Shown here: in pieces, positions 26,893 to 36,168 of the stretch
Layout: each line of letters begins with the position of its first letter
Position numbering within the stretch: position 1 is the first letter of the stretch
IMG/VR virus record: IMGVR_UViG_3300046170_000502
Span: 96,001 to 160,000 of that record
Length of the DNA: 64,000 nt
Reading direction: 5' to 3' (one strand)
From: a virus
Translations under genes and position numbers: made by a program
The notes under the pieces: generated by a model
Seen by the model: the letters and a program-made list of their open reading frames with translations, nothing else
The model's database searches: none
Told to the model about the DNA's origin: nothing

Positions 26893-27189
26893 CTATGCTC
26901 CGAAGATGTATCTCACATCGTTGGACAACTCGTAGAGTCCCGCGTTGGCTAACATCATTGATACTGAATGATAGGATATTAGTTCATCGTATTCTTCTTC
27001 CATCGCATCTGGTTTTAACTCATGAGATATCATAACGGATGATAACTCTAAGCTTTTCCCCTTGCGAAGTAACATTTCTTTGAGCGCCTCGGTGCAGGCC
27101 TCTTGCTCGTCGTAGGCTTCAATTATGACCGACCAACTAGAACATCTTATCATAAAGTATTTATTTTCACTTAGGTCTATAAATTTCAT
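26893..27189 (-). CDS. Hypothetical protein (start revised to ATG 27189)
   Basis: The track's TTG at 27225 is the -35 box of a promoter. The ATG at 27189 lies 7 nt after the -10 box. Confidence 0.6.
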   Translation of the reverse strand: MKFIDLSENKYFMIRCSSWSVIIEAYDEQEACTEALKEMLLRKGKSLELSSVMISHELKPDAMEEEYDELISYHSVSMMLANAGLYELSNDVRYIFGA

Positions 27190-27196
27190 TGTTACT

Positions 27197-27225
27197 ACTT
27201 TACCACATAAAAGATTATTTGTCAA
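27197..27225 (-). promoter_or_regulatory. Sigma-70-type promoter, extended -10
   Basis: TTGACA-17 nt-TAAAGT, with TGn immediately upstream of the -10. Confidence 0.75.
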
Positions 27226-27330
27226 TATTTTTATATATTATATATATTATTTTAAAATATATCATTATTCCTATACTATTAACATCGTTCAATTTTTTGA
27301 ATGTCCCACGTTCATTTTTTTGAATTTAAC

Positions 27331-27359
27331 TTGACTAAAAAACATTTTTACTGTATGAT
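27331..27359 (+). promoter_or_regulatory. Sigma-70-type promoter
   Basis: TTGACT-17 nt-TATGAT, 8 nt before ATG 27368. Confidence 0.75.
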
Positions 27360-27367
27360 AATTGCAT

Positions 27368-27679
27368 ATGAAGAAATTTATACAAGTTCCAGTAGAAATT
27401 CAAAACGACGTAATAGATGGTAAACTAATAGGAAACGACTTATTAATTTATAACTACCTAGTAATTAAAGCTGGACACGGAAAGCCGATTTACTATTCAA
27501 ACGAGAAGATAGGGGAAGACTTAGGTGGAATGTCCTACGGGAAGATATCTGCAAGCTTAAATAGACTAATGAAAGCTAAACATATAAAAAGAAGAAAAAC
27601 TTGCAATAAAACAGAAACACAGCTAAGGACAGTAATAAGGGATTCTAATAACATTTTAATAAGAGGGCAGAAGAAATGA
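27368..27679 (+). CDS. Winged-helix DNA-binding protein (replication-initiator N-terminal/HTH-like)
   Basis: LLIYNYL...YYSNEKIGEDLGGMSYGKISASLNRLMKAKHIKR. Confidence 0.55.
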   Translation: MKKFIQVPVEIQNDVIDGKLIGNDLLIYNYLVIKAGHGKPIYYSNEKIGEDLGGMSYGKISASLNRLMKAKHIKRRKTCNKTETQLRTVIRDSNNILIRGQKK

Positions 27680-28389
27680 AAACAGCTTTATGTTTTAGTG
27701 GTAAATTAGGCAAATGGGAGCTAACTAAAAAATCAATTCTTGAAAAAATAATAAAGCCCTTAAAACCTGATATATTTCTTAGTACATGGAAAAATGAAAA
27801 TTTTAAAGAATTTATCAGCTTCTATAAACCCAAAAAAATAGAAATATTAAATTTCGAAGACTGTAAAAAAGATATTTTCGGAAAAAACTGCAACCAGAAA
27901 CTAGGCTTAAGACCTATGTGTTATGGCATGTCCAGGAGCTTCAGCCTAATCTCAAGAAAATATAAGGATTACGATCTAATAATTAGATTAAGACCGGACC
28001 TAGAGATCATCGATTCACTTAAGAGGCATGAGATAAAAACCAATAAATACATAAAACTACCATTTTACGAAAGCCATTCGATATACAATCATGAAAAAGA
28101 GCTATCTAAGGGCATGTCATTTAGTTTCGTTTTTGAAAAATCAATATTACCCAATCAAATCAATGACCAGATAGCTTTGGGCCCACCTCAATTAATGAAG
28201 CAGTACATGAATTGCTTTAATTTAATCGACCACGCAGTGGAGTTCCTAAAGAATAACGGCTACCCAAGTTACATGTCAGAGGTTCCAGAGAGTGTATTAA
28301 CTATGTGCTTAAAGCTTAACAACATTCATTACGCAAGGTTGTCGGGCACTTCTGACTTCGGTAACCTAAAGGTAAAACTAACTAAATGA
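27676..28389 (+). CDS. Glycan-modification protein (MKxAxCxSG family)
   Basis: MKTALCFSG, DIFLSTW, YDLIIRLRPDL and INDQIALG form a pattern common in polysaccharide loci. Confidence 0.55.
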   Translation: MKTALCFSGKLGKWELTKKSILEKIIKPLKPDIFLSTWKNENFKEFISFYKPKKIEILNFEDCKKDIFGKNCNQKLGLRPMCYGMSRSFSLISRKYKDYDLIIRLRPDLEIIDSLKRHEIKTNKYIKLPFYESHSIYNHEKELSKGMSFSFVFEKSILPNQINDQIALGPPQLMKQYMNCFNLIDHAVEFLKNNGYPSYMSEVPESVLTMCLKLNNIHYARLSGTSDFGNLKVKLTK

Positions 28390-29762
28390 TTAAGCTTATA
28401 ATATTCGACCTGGATGGTGTTTTAGTTGAATCAAGAAACCTTCACTACATTTGCCTAAATAAAGCCTTGGAAGAAATTGACCCAAGCTTTTCAATAAACA
28501 AAGAAGAGCATCTCTGCAAATACGACGCTCTAACCACAACACAAAAACTCAATAAACTAACAAAAGAAAAAGGTCTCCCCAGAAACCTCCACGATAAAGT
28601 CTGGAGGATCAAGCAAGAAAAAACAATTGATCAAATCAATTCTTACGACAAGGATCAAAGGATAATATCTATCTTAAAAAAACTAAAACAAAAGGGTTAT
28701 AAGTTAGCGTGCGCAACAAACTCTATCAGGGAAACTTCTAAATTAATTTTAATTAAAAAAGGTTTCTTCGACTATATAGATTTACTATATTCTAACGAGG
28801 ACGTAAACAACCCAAAGCCTAGCGCAGAGGTCTATATGAGGTGTATGATAAAGCTCGGCGTAAACCCTGACGAGTCAATCATAATTGAAGATTCGCACAT
28901 AGGCCGTAAGGCGGCAATCAGGAGTGGAGCTCACTTATGCGCAGTAAAGGATTCGAGTGACTTGACTTTTGATAAAATTAATAATACTATAGTTGATGCA
29001 GATAAAAAAACGCAAATTTCACCAAAATGGCAAGGAGGTAAAATGAATGTTCTGATACCGATGGCAGGTGCCGGTTCAAGGTTTGAGCGGGCAGGGTATA
29101 CCTTTCCGAAGCCTCTTATAGATATAAACGGTAAACCTATGATACAAAGGGTTGTCGAGAATTTAAATATTGACGCAAGGCATATATTTATAGTTCAAAA
29201 GCACCACTATGAAAAATATTCATTAAAACATACATTGAATCTAATATCACCGAATTGCGAGATAGTTCAAGTGGAAGGAGTAACCGAAGGGGCAGCCTGC
29301 ACGACACTACTAGCAAAAAAGTTTATAAACAATGAAGAACCCTTAGTGCTAGCAAACTCTGATCAATACGTAGACTGGGACAGTAATCAATTCATGTATT
29401 CATGCATGGCTGACAACATAGACGGATCGATACTAACCTTCAATTCAACTCACCCAAAGTGGAGTTACGCCAAGTTAAATAACGAGGGGCTCGTCATTGA
29501 AGTCGCAGAGAAAAAACCGATTAGTAATAATGCTACAGTAGGAATATACTTCTGGAAGAGGGGCCTAGATTACGTACGTTGCGCGGAATCTATGATAGAA
29601 AAAGATATAAGAGTTAATAATGAATTCTACGTTTGCCCTACTTACAATGAGGCATTACTTATTGGAGGGAGAATAAAAACTTTCCATATTGAAAAAATGT
29701 GGGGACTCGGAACCCCAGAAGATCTTGAGGCATTTCTTAAGCATGATCCTTGTAGCTCATAG
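28386..29762 (+). CDS. HAD-family phosphatase fused to nucleotidyltransferase/GT-A domain
   Basis: FDLDGVL, KPSAEVY, IIEDS; then LIPMAGAGSRF, PKPLIDING, EKKPIS, NNEFYVCPTYN and GLGTPEDL. Confidence 0.85.
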   Translation: MIKLIIFDLDGVLVESRNLHYICLNKALEEIDPSFSINKEEHLCKYDALTTTQKLNKLTKEKGLPRNLHDKVWRIKQEKTIDQINSYDKDQRIISILKKLKQKGYKLACATNSIRETSKLILIKKGFFDYIDLLYSNEDVNNPKPSAEVYMRCMIKLGVNPDESIIIEDSHIGRKAAIRSGAHLCAVKDSSDLTFDKINNTIVDADKKTQISPKWQGGKMNVLIPMAGAGSRFERAGYTFPKPLIDINGKPMIQRVVENLNIDARHIFIVQKHHYEKYSLKHTLNLISPNCEIVQVEGVTEGAACTTLLAKKFINNEEPLVLANSDQYVDWDSNQFMYSCMADNIDGSILTFNSTHPKWSYAKLNNEGLVIEVAEKKPISNNATVGIYFWKRGLDYVRCAESMIEKDIRVNNEFYVCPTYNEALLIGGRIKTFHIEKMWGLGTPEDLEAFLKHDPCSS

Positions 29763-30165
29763 GGGAAATATCAACGGGCCAAACCCGGAAAAAGAAAACT
29801 CAATAGAGTATATAGAAAGTGCAATCAAGCAAGGTTTTGATGTCGAAATAGACCTATGGGCCAAAGAGAAGCTTTGGCTGGGTCACGACAAGCCCCAGTA
29901 TGAGTGCCCAACAGAATTTCTAATAAAAAACAGCAACAAACTCTGGATTCATTGTAAAAATCTAGAAGCTATGGATATACTCGCCGAATTTAGAACATTG
30001 AACTTCTTCTGGCACGAGTCTGATGATTTCACATTAACTTCGAAAAAATTCATATGGACATATCCGGGCAAAATGGTTTGCAATAAAAGCGTACTAGTAG
30101 TAGAGGATGCTAGGCAATACTCGGGGCAGATATGTTTTGGATTATGCTCTGATTATTTAAGGTGA
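29743..30165 (+). CDS. Glycerophosphodiester phosphodiesterase-like protein
   Basis: MILVAHRGN...ENS...GFDVEIDLW...LGHD...WIHCKN. ATG at 29743 preferred. Confidence 0.75.
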   Translation: MILVAHRGNINGPNPEKENSIEYIESAIKQGFDVEIDLWAKEKLWLGHDKPQYECPTEFLIKNSNKLWIHCKNLEAMDILAEFRTLNFFWHESDDFTLTSKKFIWTYPGKMVCNKSVLVVEDARQYSGQICFGLCSDYLR

Positions 30166-31043
30166 AATACTGGAACCCGCACAACCTAAAAGATGAATAC
30201 GGAAATCCAGTTGATTACGTACCCAATTTTACAAATCTCCAACTAACACTCCAAAATAACCTTCTAAAAAAATTTGAAGAGCTTGAAAATAAAATATCAA
30301 TAATCATCCAAGGTCCACTAAATAAAAGGTCAATTAATACGATACCTCGTTATTTAAATTGCGGCGAAGTTGTACTAAGCTACTGGGATCAGGACGACAA
30401 AAAACTTCTAGAAAAGGTAAGCGGAAAAGTGAAATTAGTTGAAAATAAAATAAAAGACGTATCCCCCTTTCTATTTAAAACAAGAAATAAAAATCCATTC
30501 GCATACCAATACTTCACCACATTAAATGGATTAAAGTCCGCGAGCTCAAATCTAGCAATTAAAACTAGATCCGACGAATCATACCCCGACTTAAATCCTT
30601 TCATAAAAAATATGAAAGATAATATGAATTTCAAAAATAAAGATGGATCTTACAATTGGTTTAAGTTAACATGTTGTAATATATATTTCAGAAAAGATAA
30701 AGAATTTAAATTCCACCCATCAGATCACCTTATAGGCGGAAATAGATCTAGATTAATAAATACATTCGAAAAATGTTTACACAAATGTAAATTCGGCCAA
30801 ACTAAATACACAACACCAGAACAGCTAATAGGAACAAGCGCCATTGAGACCTATTTTGACCCACTGTTGAAGAAAAACGATATAGCTAACCCAACAATTT
30901 CATCAAGCCTAATGAAGAAGCATTTCTCAATAGTTAGGATAAAAGATCTACCAAAATGCACTTGGACATCGAGCTACAGGCAATACCACGAACTAAAAGG
31001 GGAAGAGGACTGGTGTCACAGTATTAACGAAATAGATAGTTGA
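30162..31043 (+). CDS. WavE-like lipopolysaccharide synthesis protein
   Basis: ISIIIQGP, VVLSYW, YQYFTTLNGL, AIKTRSDE and FHPSDHLIGG. Confidence 0.6.
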   Translation: MKYWNPHNLKDEYGNPVDYVPNFTNLQLTLQNNLLKKFEELENKISIIIQGPLNKRSINTIPRYLNCGEVVLSYWDQDDKKLLEKVSGKVKLVENKIKDVSPFLFKTRNKNPFAYQYFTTLNGLKSASSNLAIKTRSDESYPDLNPFIKNMKDNMNFKNKDGSYNWFKLTCCNIYFRKDKEFKFHPSDHLIGGNRSRLINTFEKCLHKCKFGQTKYTTPEQLIGTSAIETYFDPLLKKNDIANPTISSSLMKKHFSIVRIKDLPKCTWTSSYRQYHELKGEEDWCHSINEIDS

Positions 31044-31088
31044 GAAAATTGTAAAAACTCATAATATCATTATATTATTTAAACTATT

Positions 31089-31661
31089 ATGAGCATATCA
31101 CTATACAAACCAAACAGCAAAAACGCGGGTTGCGCGTTTAAATTTTCAATCGGTCAAAACAAAAAAAAAGAACCAACTCTTTACGTTAGCGCGATCCAGC
31201 AGTATAGCTGGGATGATACTAAAAAAATCGGAAGCTTCTCCGGTAATGGGGACGATCCAGATAAAAAAATTAGCTTAAAGTTTTCAGAATTCGAGGTGGG
31301 AGGTATGATTAGTTCCTTCAAAAATAGGAATGAGTATTCATCATTTCACTCTTACGACACAAACAAAACCTCAATAAAATATACCCCCTGGGATAAAAAA
31401 TCAAAAGTAAAGAGGGGGGACAAAGAAGAGTGGATAACCCTACCAGCATTCGGTATCACTTTTGTTAGAAATGGAAATCAAACATTCAGAATACCGCTTG
31501 AGCCGGGTGAGGTGGAGAACCTAATTACCTTCTTTAAATTCTTTTTAAGTACCTTGTACTCATATAGAAGGGAACAGGAAGCGATCTCTCTTGAAGAATA
31601 CAGGTCAAAAAACAACACAACTCAAGGCTCTAATAATCAAGAAGATGATGCCCCTTTTTAA
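31089..31661 (+). CDS. Putative ssDNA-binding protein (Whirly/PC4-like architecture) with SSB-type acidic tail
   Basis: Two beta-meander+helix halves (...ISLKFSEFEVGGMI; ...FRIPLEPGEVENLI) and a C-terminal EDDAPF. Confidence 0.4.
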   Translation: MSISLYKPNSKNAGCAFKFSIGQNKKKEPTLYVSAIQQYSWDDTKKIGSFSGNGDDPDKKISLKFSEFEVGGMISSFKNRNEYSSFHSYDTNKTSIKYTPWDKKSKVKRGDKEEWITLPAFGITFVRNGNQTFRIPLEPGEVENLITFFKFFLSTLYSYRREQEAISLEEYRSKNNTTQGSNNQEDDAPF

Positions 31662-33571
31662 TGAAAAAGAAAAAGGTATTAATCCACAGCAACCACTGTA
31701 AGGCTCTTACTGGTTTTGGTAAGCATACTAAAAATATACTTATATACTTACAGAAAACAGGTAAGTACGAATTAGTTGAACTCTCGAATGGGGTAAAACA
31801 GGGTGACCCTTCACTTAAAAAACTCCCATGGACTTGCGAGGGCTCTCTACCAAATGATCCAAATTTACTAAAAAAGTTAAATAAAGATCCTAAGTTAGCG
31901 AGGAATGTGAGCTACGGCTCCGAAATGGTTGATAAAATAATAGAACGAGAAAAACCTGATGTCTATATAGGGATAGAGGATATTTGGGCTTTTTCGGGAT
32001 ACCCCGAAAAAAGTTGGTGGAATAAAATTAACTGCATGATATGGACCACGCTTGACAGTCTACCCATCCTACCGGACGCAGTAAAAGCTGCACCGAATAT
32101 AAAAAATTACTACACCTGGGCTTCGTTCGCACAAAAATCTCTAAATGAAATGGGTCAAAACCATGTAAAAACATTAAGAGGTAGCCTTGACGCTTCTAAT
32201 TTTTTCAAAATTGAAAAACAGCAAAGATCTCAAATTAGAGAAAAGCTTGGTATTAAGAAAGATGACTTTATCATAGGTTTTGTTTTTAGAAATCAGTTAA
32301 GAAAAAGCGTACCGAATTTACTTGAAGGTTTTAAATTATTCTTAAACAAAAACCCGTCATGTAATGGGAAATTATTACTCCACACGCACTGGAATGAAGG
32401 TTGGGATATACCTAGGTTACTAAAAGAAAAAGATATCGACCCATCAAGAATATTAACAACGTATTTCTGCAAAAAGTGCGGGGAATATGAAATCAAAAAC
32501 TTTACAGGTGAGAATATTAATTGTCAACTCTGCGGCTCTGAAAAATCTCAAACCACAACCAACACGAAGTCGGGAGTCTCAGAAGAGCAGCTAAATGAAA
32601 TTTACAATATCATGGATGTATACTGCCACCCATTCACAAGTGGCGGGCAAGAAATTCCGATACAAGAAGCTAAATTAACTGAATTAATAACCCTTGTGAC
32701 AAACTATAGTTGCGGAGAAGACTGTTGCGTAGAGGAGGCTAACAGTCTGCCCTTAAGCTGGAGCGAATATAGAGAGCCTGGAACCCAATTCATCAAAGCA
32801 AGCACAAGCCCTGACAGCATATGCAATCAGTTATCAAAGGTCCTATCTATGACTGACAAAAAAAGAAAAACGATGGGCAAAAACGCAAGAAAGTTTGTCT
32901 TAGAAAACTACAGCATAGAAGTTATTGGAAAAAAACTTGAATCAATTATAGATGAAATGCCAGAAGTTTGCTGGGATTTTGATTTCAAAATAGAGGAGAG
33001 AGACCCTAATTATAAACCCAACAACAGTTTAAGTGACCCAGATTGGATCCTGGACCTTTACAAAAATATCTTAAAGATTGAAACTAATAATCTAGAAGAT
33101 GGACACAAACATTGGATGAATCGGTTACAGACAGATCTAACAAGAGATGATGTTCTTAAATATTTTCGAGAGGTTGCAAAAAAAGAGAATAAAGAAAACA
33201 AAAAAACAGAACTAGCGGACTTACTAGATCAGGACGACGAGGGTAAGAGGCTTTTGATTGTTATGCCTGAAAGAATAGGTGATATTTATTTATCAACCTC
33301 CCTTCTACCCAACATTAAAAAGCAGTATCCAGAATATAATATATACTATGCAACAAGACCCCAGTATTTTGAAATTCTAGATGGAAATAATTACATACAT
33401 AAATGTATACCCTATCAAGACTCTCTCGCAAACCTCCCCGTTATGGAAGGGCAATGGGAGAATAAAGGTTATTTTGAAATAGTTTTTATACCATTCCTAG
33501 GGACACAGAGAGTGATCAATTTCCCTCATAACACGAAAGATAGAATACAATTTGATTTATGCACCTACTAG
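31661..33571 (+). CDS. Glycosyltransferase GT4-like with additional C-terminal GT9-like segment
   Basis: TGFGKH, GFVFRNQLRKSVPNLLEGF, HPFTSGGQEIPIQEAK; C-terminal IVMPERIGDIYLSTSLL. Confidence 0.75.
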   Translation: MKKKKVLIHSNHCKALTGFGKHTKNILIYLQKTGKYELVELSNGVKQGDPSLKKLPWTCEGSLPNDPNLLKKLNKDPKLARNVSYGSEMVDKIIEREKPDVYIGIEDIWAFSGYPEKSWWNKINCMIWTTLDSLPILPDAVKAAPNIKNYYTWASFAQKSLNEMGQNHVKTLRGSLDASNFFKIEKQQRSQIREKLGIKKDDFIIGFVFRNQLRKSVPNLLEGFKLFLNKNPSCNGKLLLHTHWNEGWDIPRLLKEKDIDPSRILTTYFCKKCGEYEIKNFTGENINCQLCGSEKSQTTTNTKSGVSEEQLNEIYNIMDVYCHPFTSGGQEIPIQEAKLTELITLVTNYSCGEDCCVEEANSLPLSWSEYREPGTQFIKASTSPDSICNQLSKVLSMTDKKRKTMGKNARKFVLENYSIEVIGKKLESIIDEMPEVCWDFDFKIEERDPNYKPNNSLSDPDWILDLYKNILKIETNNLEDGHKHWMNRLQTDLTRDDVLKYFREVAKKENKENKKTELADLLDQDDEGKRLLIVMPERIGDIYLSTSLLPNIKKQYPEYNIYYATRPQYFEILDGNNYIHKCIPYQDSLANLPVMEGQWENKGYFEIVFIPFLGTQRVINFPHNTKDRIQFDLCTY

Positions 33572-34746
33572 AACAATATGCCCTATCCTGTGGCGTAAAG
33601 ATAGATAAACCCTTCATAGAAACTTCTTATTTTCCAGTAGTTCCTGAAAAATATATAACACTGCATGCGAGCGAAAGGATTCAATCAAAAACATACGACT
33701 ATTATAATGACGCAATAGCATTAATCAGACCTTTTTTATTAAAAGAGGGTATACAAATAGTTCAAATAGGATCAAATAAAGAGTCCTGTATATCCAACTG
33801 CATACAACACCAAGGTAACACAACTATAAAGCAAGCTGCATATATAATCAAAAACTCGCTACTTCATTTAGGCACTGATTCATTCTCAACCCATGTCGCT
33901 TCGGGGTTTGGTAAAAAAATAGTAAGCCTTTATAGCACATTATATAAAGAATGTTGCGGTCCATACTGGGGCAACCCGAGTGAACAAGTCCTCCTTGAAC
34001 CTGACAGGAAAAACAAAAAAGCCTCCTTCTCTGACGTGGAGTACCCAAAATCAATAAATACCATAATGCCTGAAAAAATTGCTTGCGCAGTTCTAGACTT
34101 ACTAAAAATAGAACACAACTTATATAATATAGAAACATTTCACATAGGCGAATCTTATCATTCTGGATCATTAGCCGTTATACCCAACCACGTAATGCCT
34201 GATAATTTCGCACCAAACCAACCAGCAAATATACTTGGCCACGAGCATTTTGACGAACACAATATAACGAAATGGGCGTACAGCAGAAAAGTTAATATCT
34301 TCTTGAACAAACCGATGCATATCAATTATCTTAGAAGCGTAAAACAAAACATCAACCAAATTAATTACTTCGCAACACCAGACGATAACGAGTCATTTTT
34401 TAAAGCGGTATCCAAATTAGGCATTCGAGTAAAGATAATATCTAAAGATGAAAATACAATAAATGATTTAAAATTAAAATTCTTCGACTGGGATGTAAAT
34501 CTTGTAACAAAAAAAACTAAAAAAGATATTGACAATTACGAAAAAATATGCAATAATACTCGTTATAAAAGTTCTCAAATCATCGCGTCAGAAAAAAAAC
34601 TTTACGCAAGTAAAGCTGCTTGGAAAAATAATATCAATGGAAACCATGATAAAATCATTGACTGCGAAGAGTTCTGGGAAGATATTTCAAACCTAAAACT
34701 TTATAACGATAAAAACCATGGTAAAAACAAAGACAGCAGAAAATAA
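33559..34746 (+). CDS. GT9 (heptosyltransferase-like) family protein
   Basis: YITLHAS, IVQIG, QAAYIIKNSLLHLGTDSFSTHVASGFGKKIVSLY. Confidence 0.7.
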   Translation: MHLLEQYALSCGVKIDKPFIETSYFPVVPEKYITLHASERIQSKTYDYYNDAIALIRPFLLKEGIQIVQIGSNKESCISNCIQHQGNTTIKQAAYIIKNSLLHLGTDSFSTHVASGFGKKIVSLYSTLYKECCGPYWGNPSEQVLLEPDRKNKKASFSDVEYPKSINTIMPEKIACAVLDLLKIEHNLYNIETFHIGESYHSGSLAVIPNHVMPDNFAPNQPANILGHEHFDEHNITKWAYSRKVNIFLNKPMHINYLRSVKQNINQINYFATPDDNESFFKAVSKLGIRVKIISKDENTINDLKLKFFDWDVNLVTKKTKKDIDNYEKICNNTRYKSSQIIASEKKLYASKAAWKNNINGNHDKIIDCEEFWEDISNLKLYNDKNHGKNKDSRK

Positions 34747-35532
34747 CTCAGAAGATTCTCAGCCAAGCGACTTGGCTTACATCAAAAATTACAAAGACGG
34801 TCCTGGCAAATTTATTAGAAATGAATTTGGATTACTTGATAATGTAGATTATGAATTTGCTGAAGACGGATCTGTTAACTGGAGGTCAATGATAAAAGAT
34901 GAACATCTCTTTCCTAATAAATCGTGGTTCGATCTAAGAAAGAAAGATGTACCTAGATCTATCGATGGACTAAAGGATCATCAGCTCTTGATTAAATTAA
35001 GCGGAATTAAAGAGCTTGCGAAATTAAGAGGATTTACAGATGTTTATTATGATGTACCGTCAAGTGTGAAATGAACCATGTAGCTATTTTATGCCGAATG
35101 AAATTCTCACCAAACTATGAAACCTTTGGCCAATCGGTCATATTCCAAGATATGGCGAATGCAACACTAGACAATACAAGCAGCTTCGCTACAAAATTCC
35201 TCGAAACGATAGCTTGCAATCGAGCTTTTGTAAGATGCGTAAGAAACTTCTTGAATGTTCACATCGTAGGAGACGATGAGATTGATAAATCAAACAGTAT
35301 AAACAAAAATATCGGATCTTCTATATCTCCATCTCTTACTCCTCATTCTATGGTAGAGAATTTAGTTAGAGAAAAATTAAATTGTTCAAACTTTGATGAA
35401 TTTAAAGTCGTATTAAGGGATTGGTGGAAAGCGGGAAAGTATCAAAATGATAATGCTAAAGACTGGAGTGATTTTGGCGACATCTCTCCCACTGATTCTA
35501 GAATCTTAATGAAAGTTATAAATTCAGGTTGA
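34718..35532 (+). CDS. Putative ssDNA annealing/recombination protein, split by a frameshift near 35055 (track ORFs 34718-35074 and 35071-35532)
   Basis: The halves join as ...LRGFTDVYYD-x-TVKCEMNHVAILCRM. LLIKLSGIKELA and ETIACNRAFVRCVRNFLNV resemble Rad52/Sak-like proteins. Confidence 0.5.
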
Positions 35533-36148
35533 TATTTTATTTTGCAATTCTTTAATTTGTTCCTTCATATCATTAATAATACATTGCTGTTCCTTTATCG
35601 CACCAACTAAAATTGGAACCATTTTTTCATACTTAACAGCTAGGTATCCATTTTTTCTTTCTTCAACTATTTGGGGAGCAATTTTTTGAACCTGTTGAGC
35701 TATTAACCCTATATCGCGACCACTATATACCTCCTGATTATCATTCCAATCAAACTCCACACCATCAACCAATTCAAGCTTTTCCAGGCAGCCTGAAATA
35801 GGAGTTATGTTGTTTTTTAATCTTTCGTCTGATGAAAGAAATGCCACAACATCTCCATCACAAAAAGTTCCATTTATGCAACCGATAAAAAAAGCATTAT
35901 CAAATAATACCTGCCCCACATCACCAATTACGTGTGTATTATATTTTAGATCAATCCTATTGCTTGCTCCATTAATAACTGTACATCTTCTAGAGTTAGA
36001 AATAGTATTATTTGAGCCCTGAATAATTATATTGTTAGGTTCAAAACCTTCTTGGTCATTAAAAGTAGAGACAGTTGGTGCATCATAAGTTGAGTCATCT
36101 ATAATAAAATGACGGTGGGCTCGGAATGGATACTTGTGGAGTTGACAT
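35524..36148 (-). CDS. Peptidase-S74 chaperone-domain protein; probable ATG at 36148 is out of frame by 1 nt
   Basis: SDERLKNN...GVEFDW...DIGLIAQQV...AVKYEKMVPILVGAIKEQQ. The frame is open upstream of 35919 to ~36156. The ATG 9 nt after GTGTA joins it if one A is removed (MSLHKYPFRAHRHFIIDD). Confidence 0.7.
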
Positions 36149-36168
36149 AATTTTATTTACACATTATA

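Noticed and set aside
31040-31076. Possible sigma-70 promoter before 31089
   Set aside because: The -35/-10 candidates (TTGAGA or TTGTAA with CATAAT or TATATT) have poor spacing or match in very AT-rich DNA.
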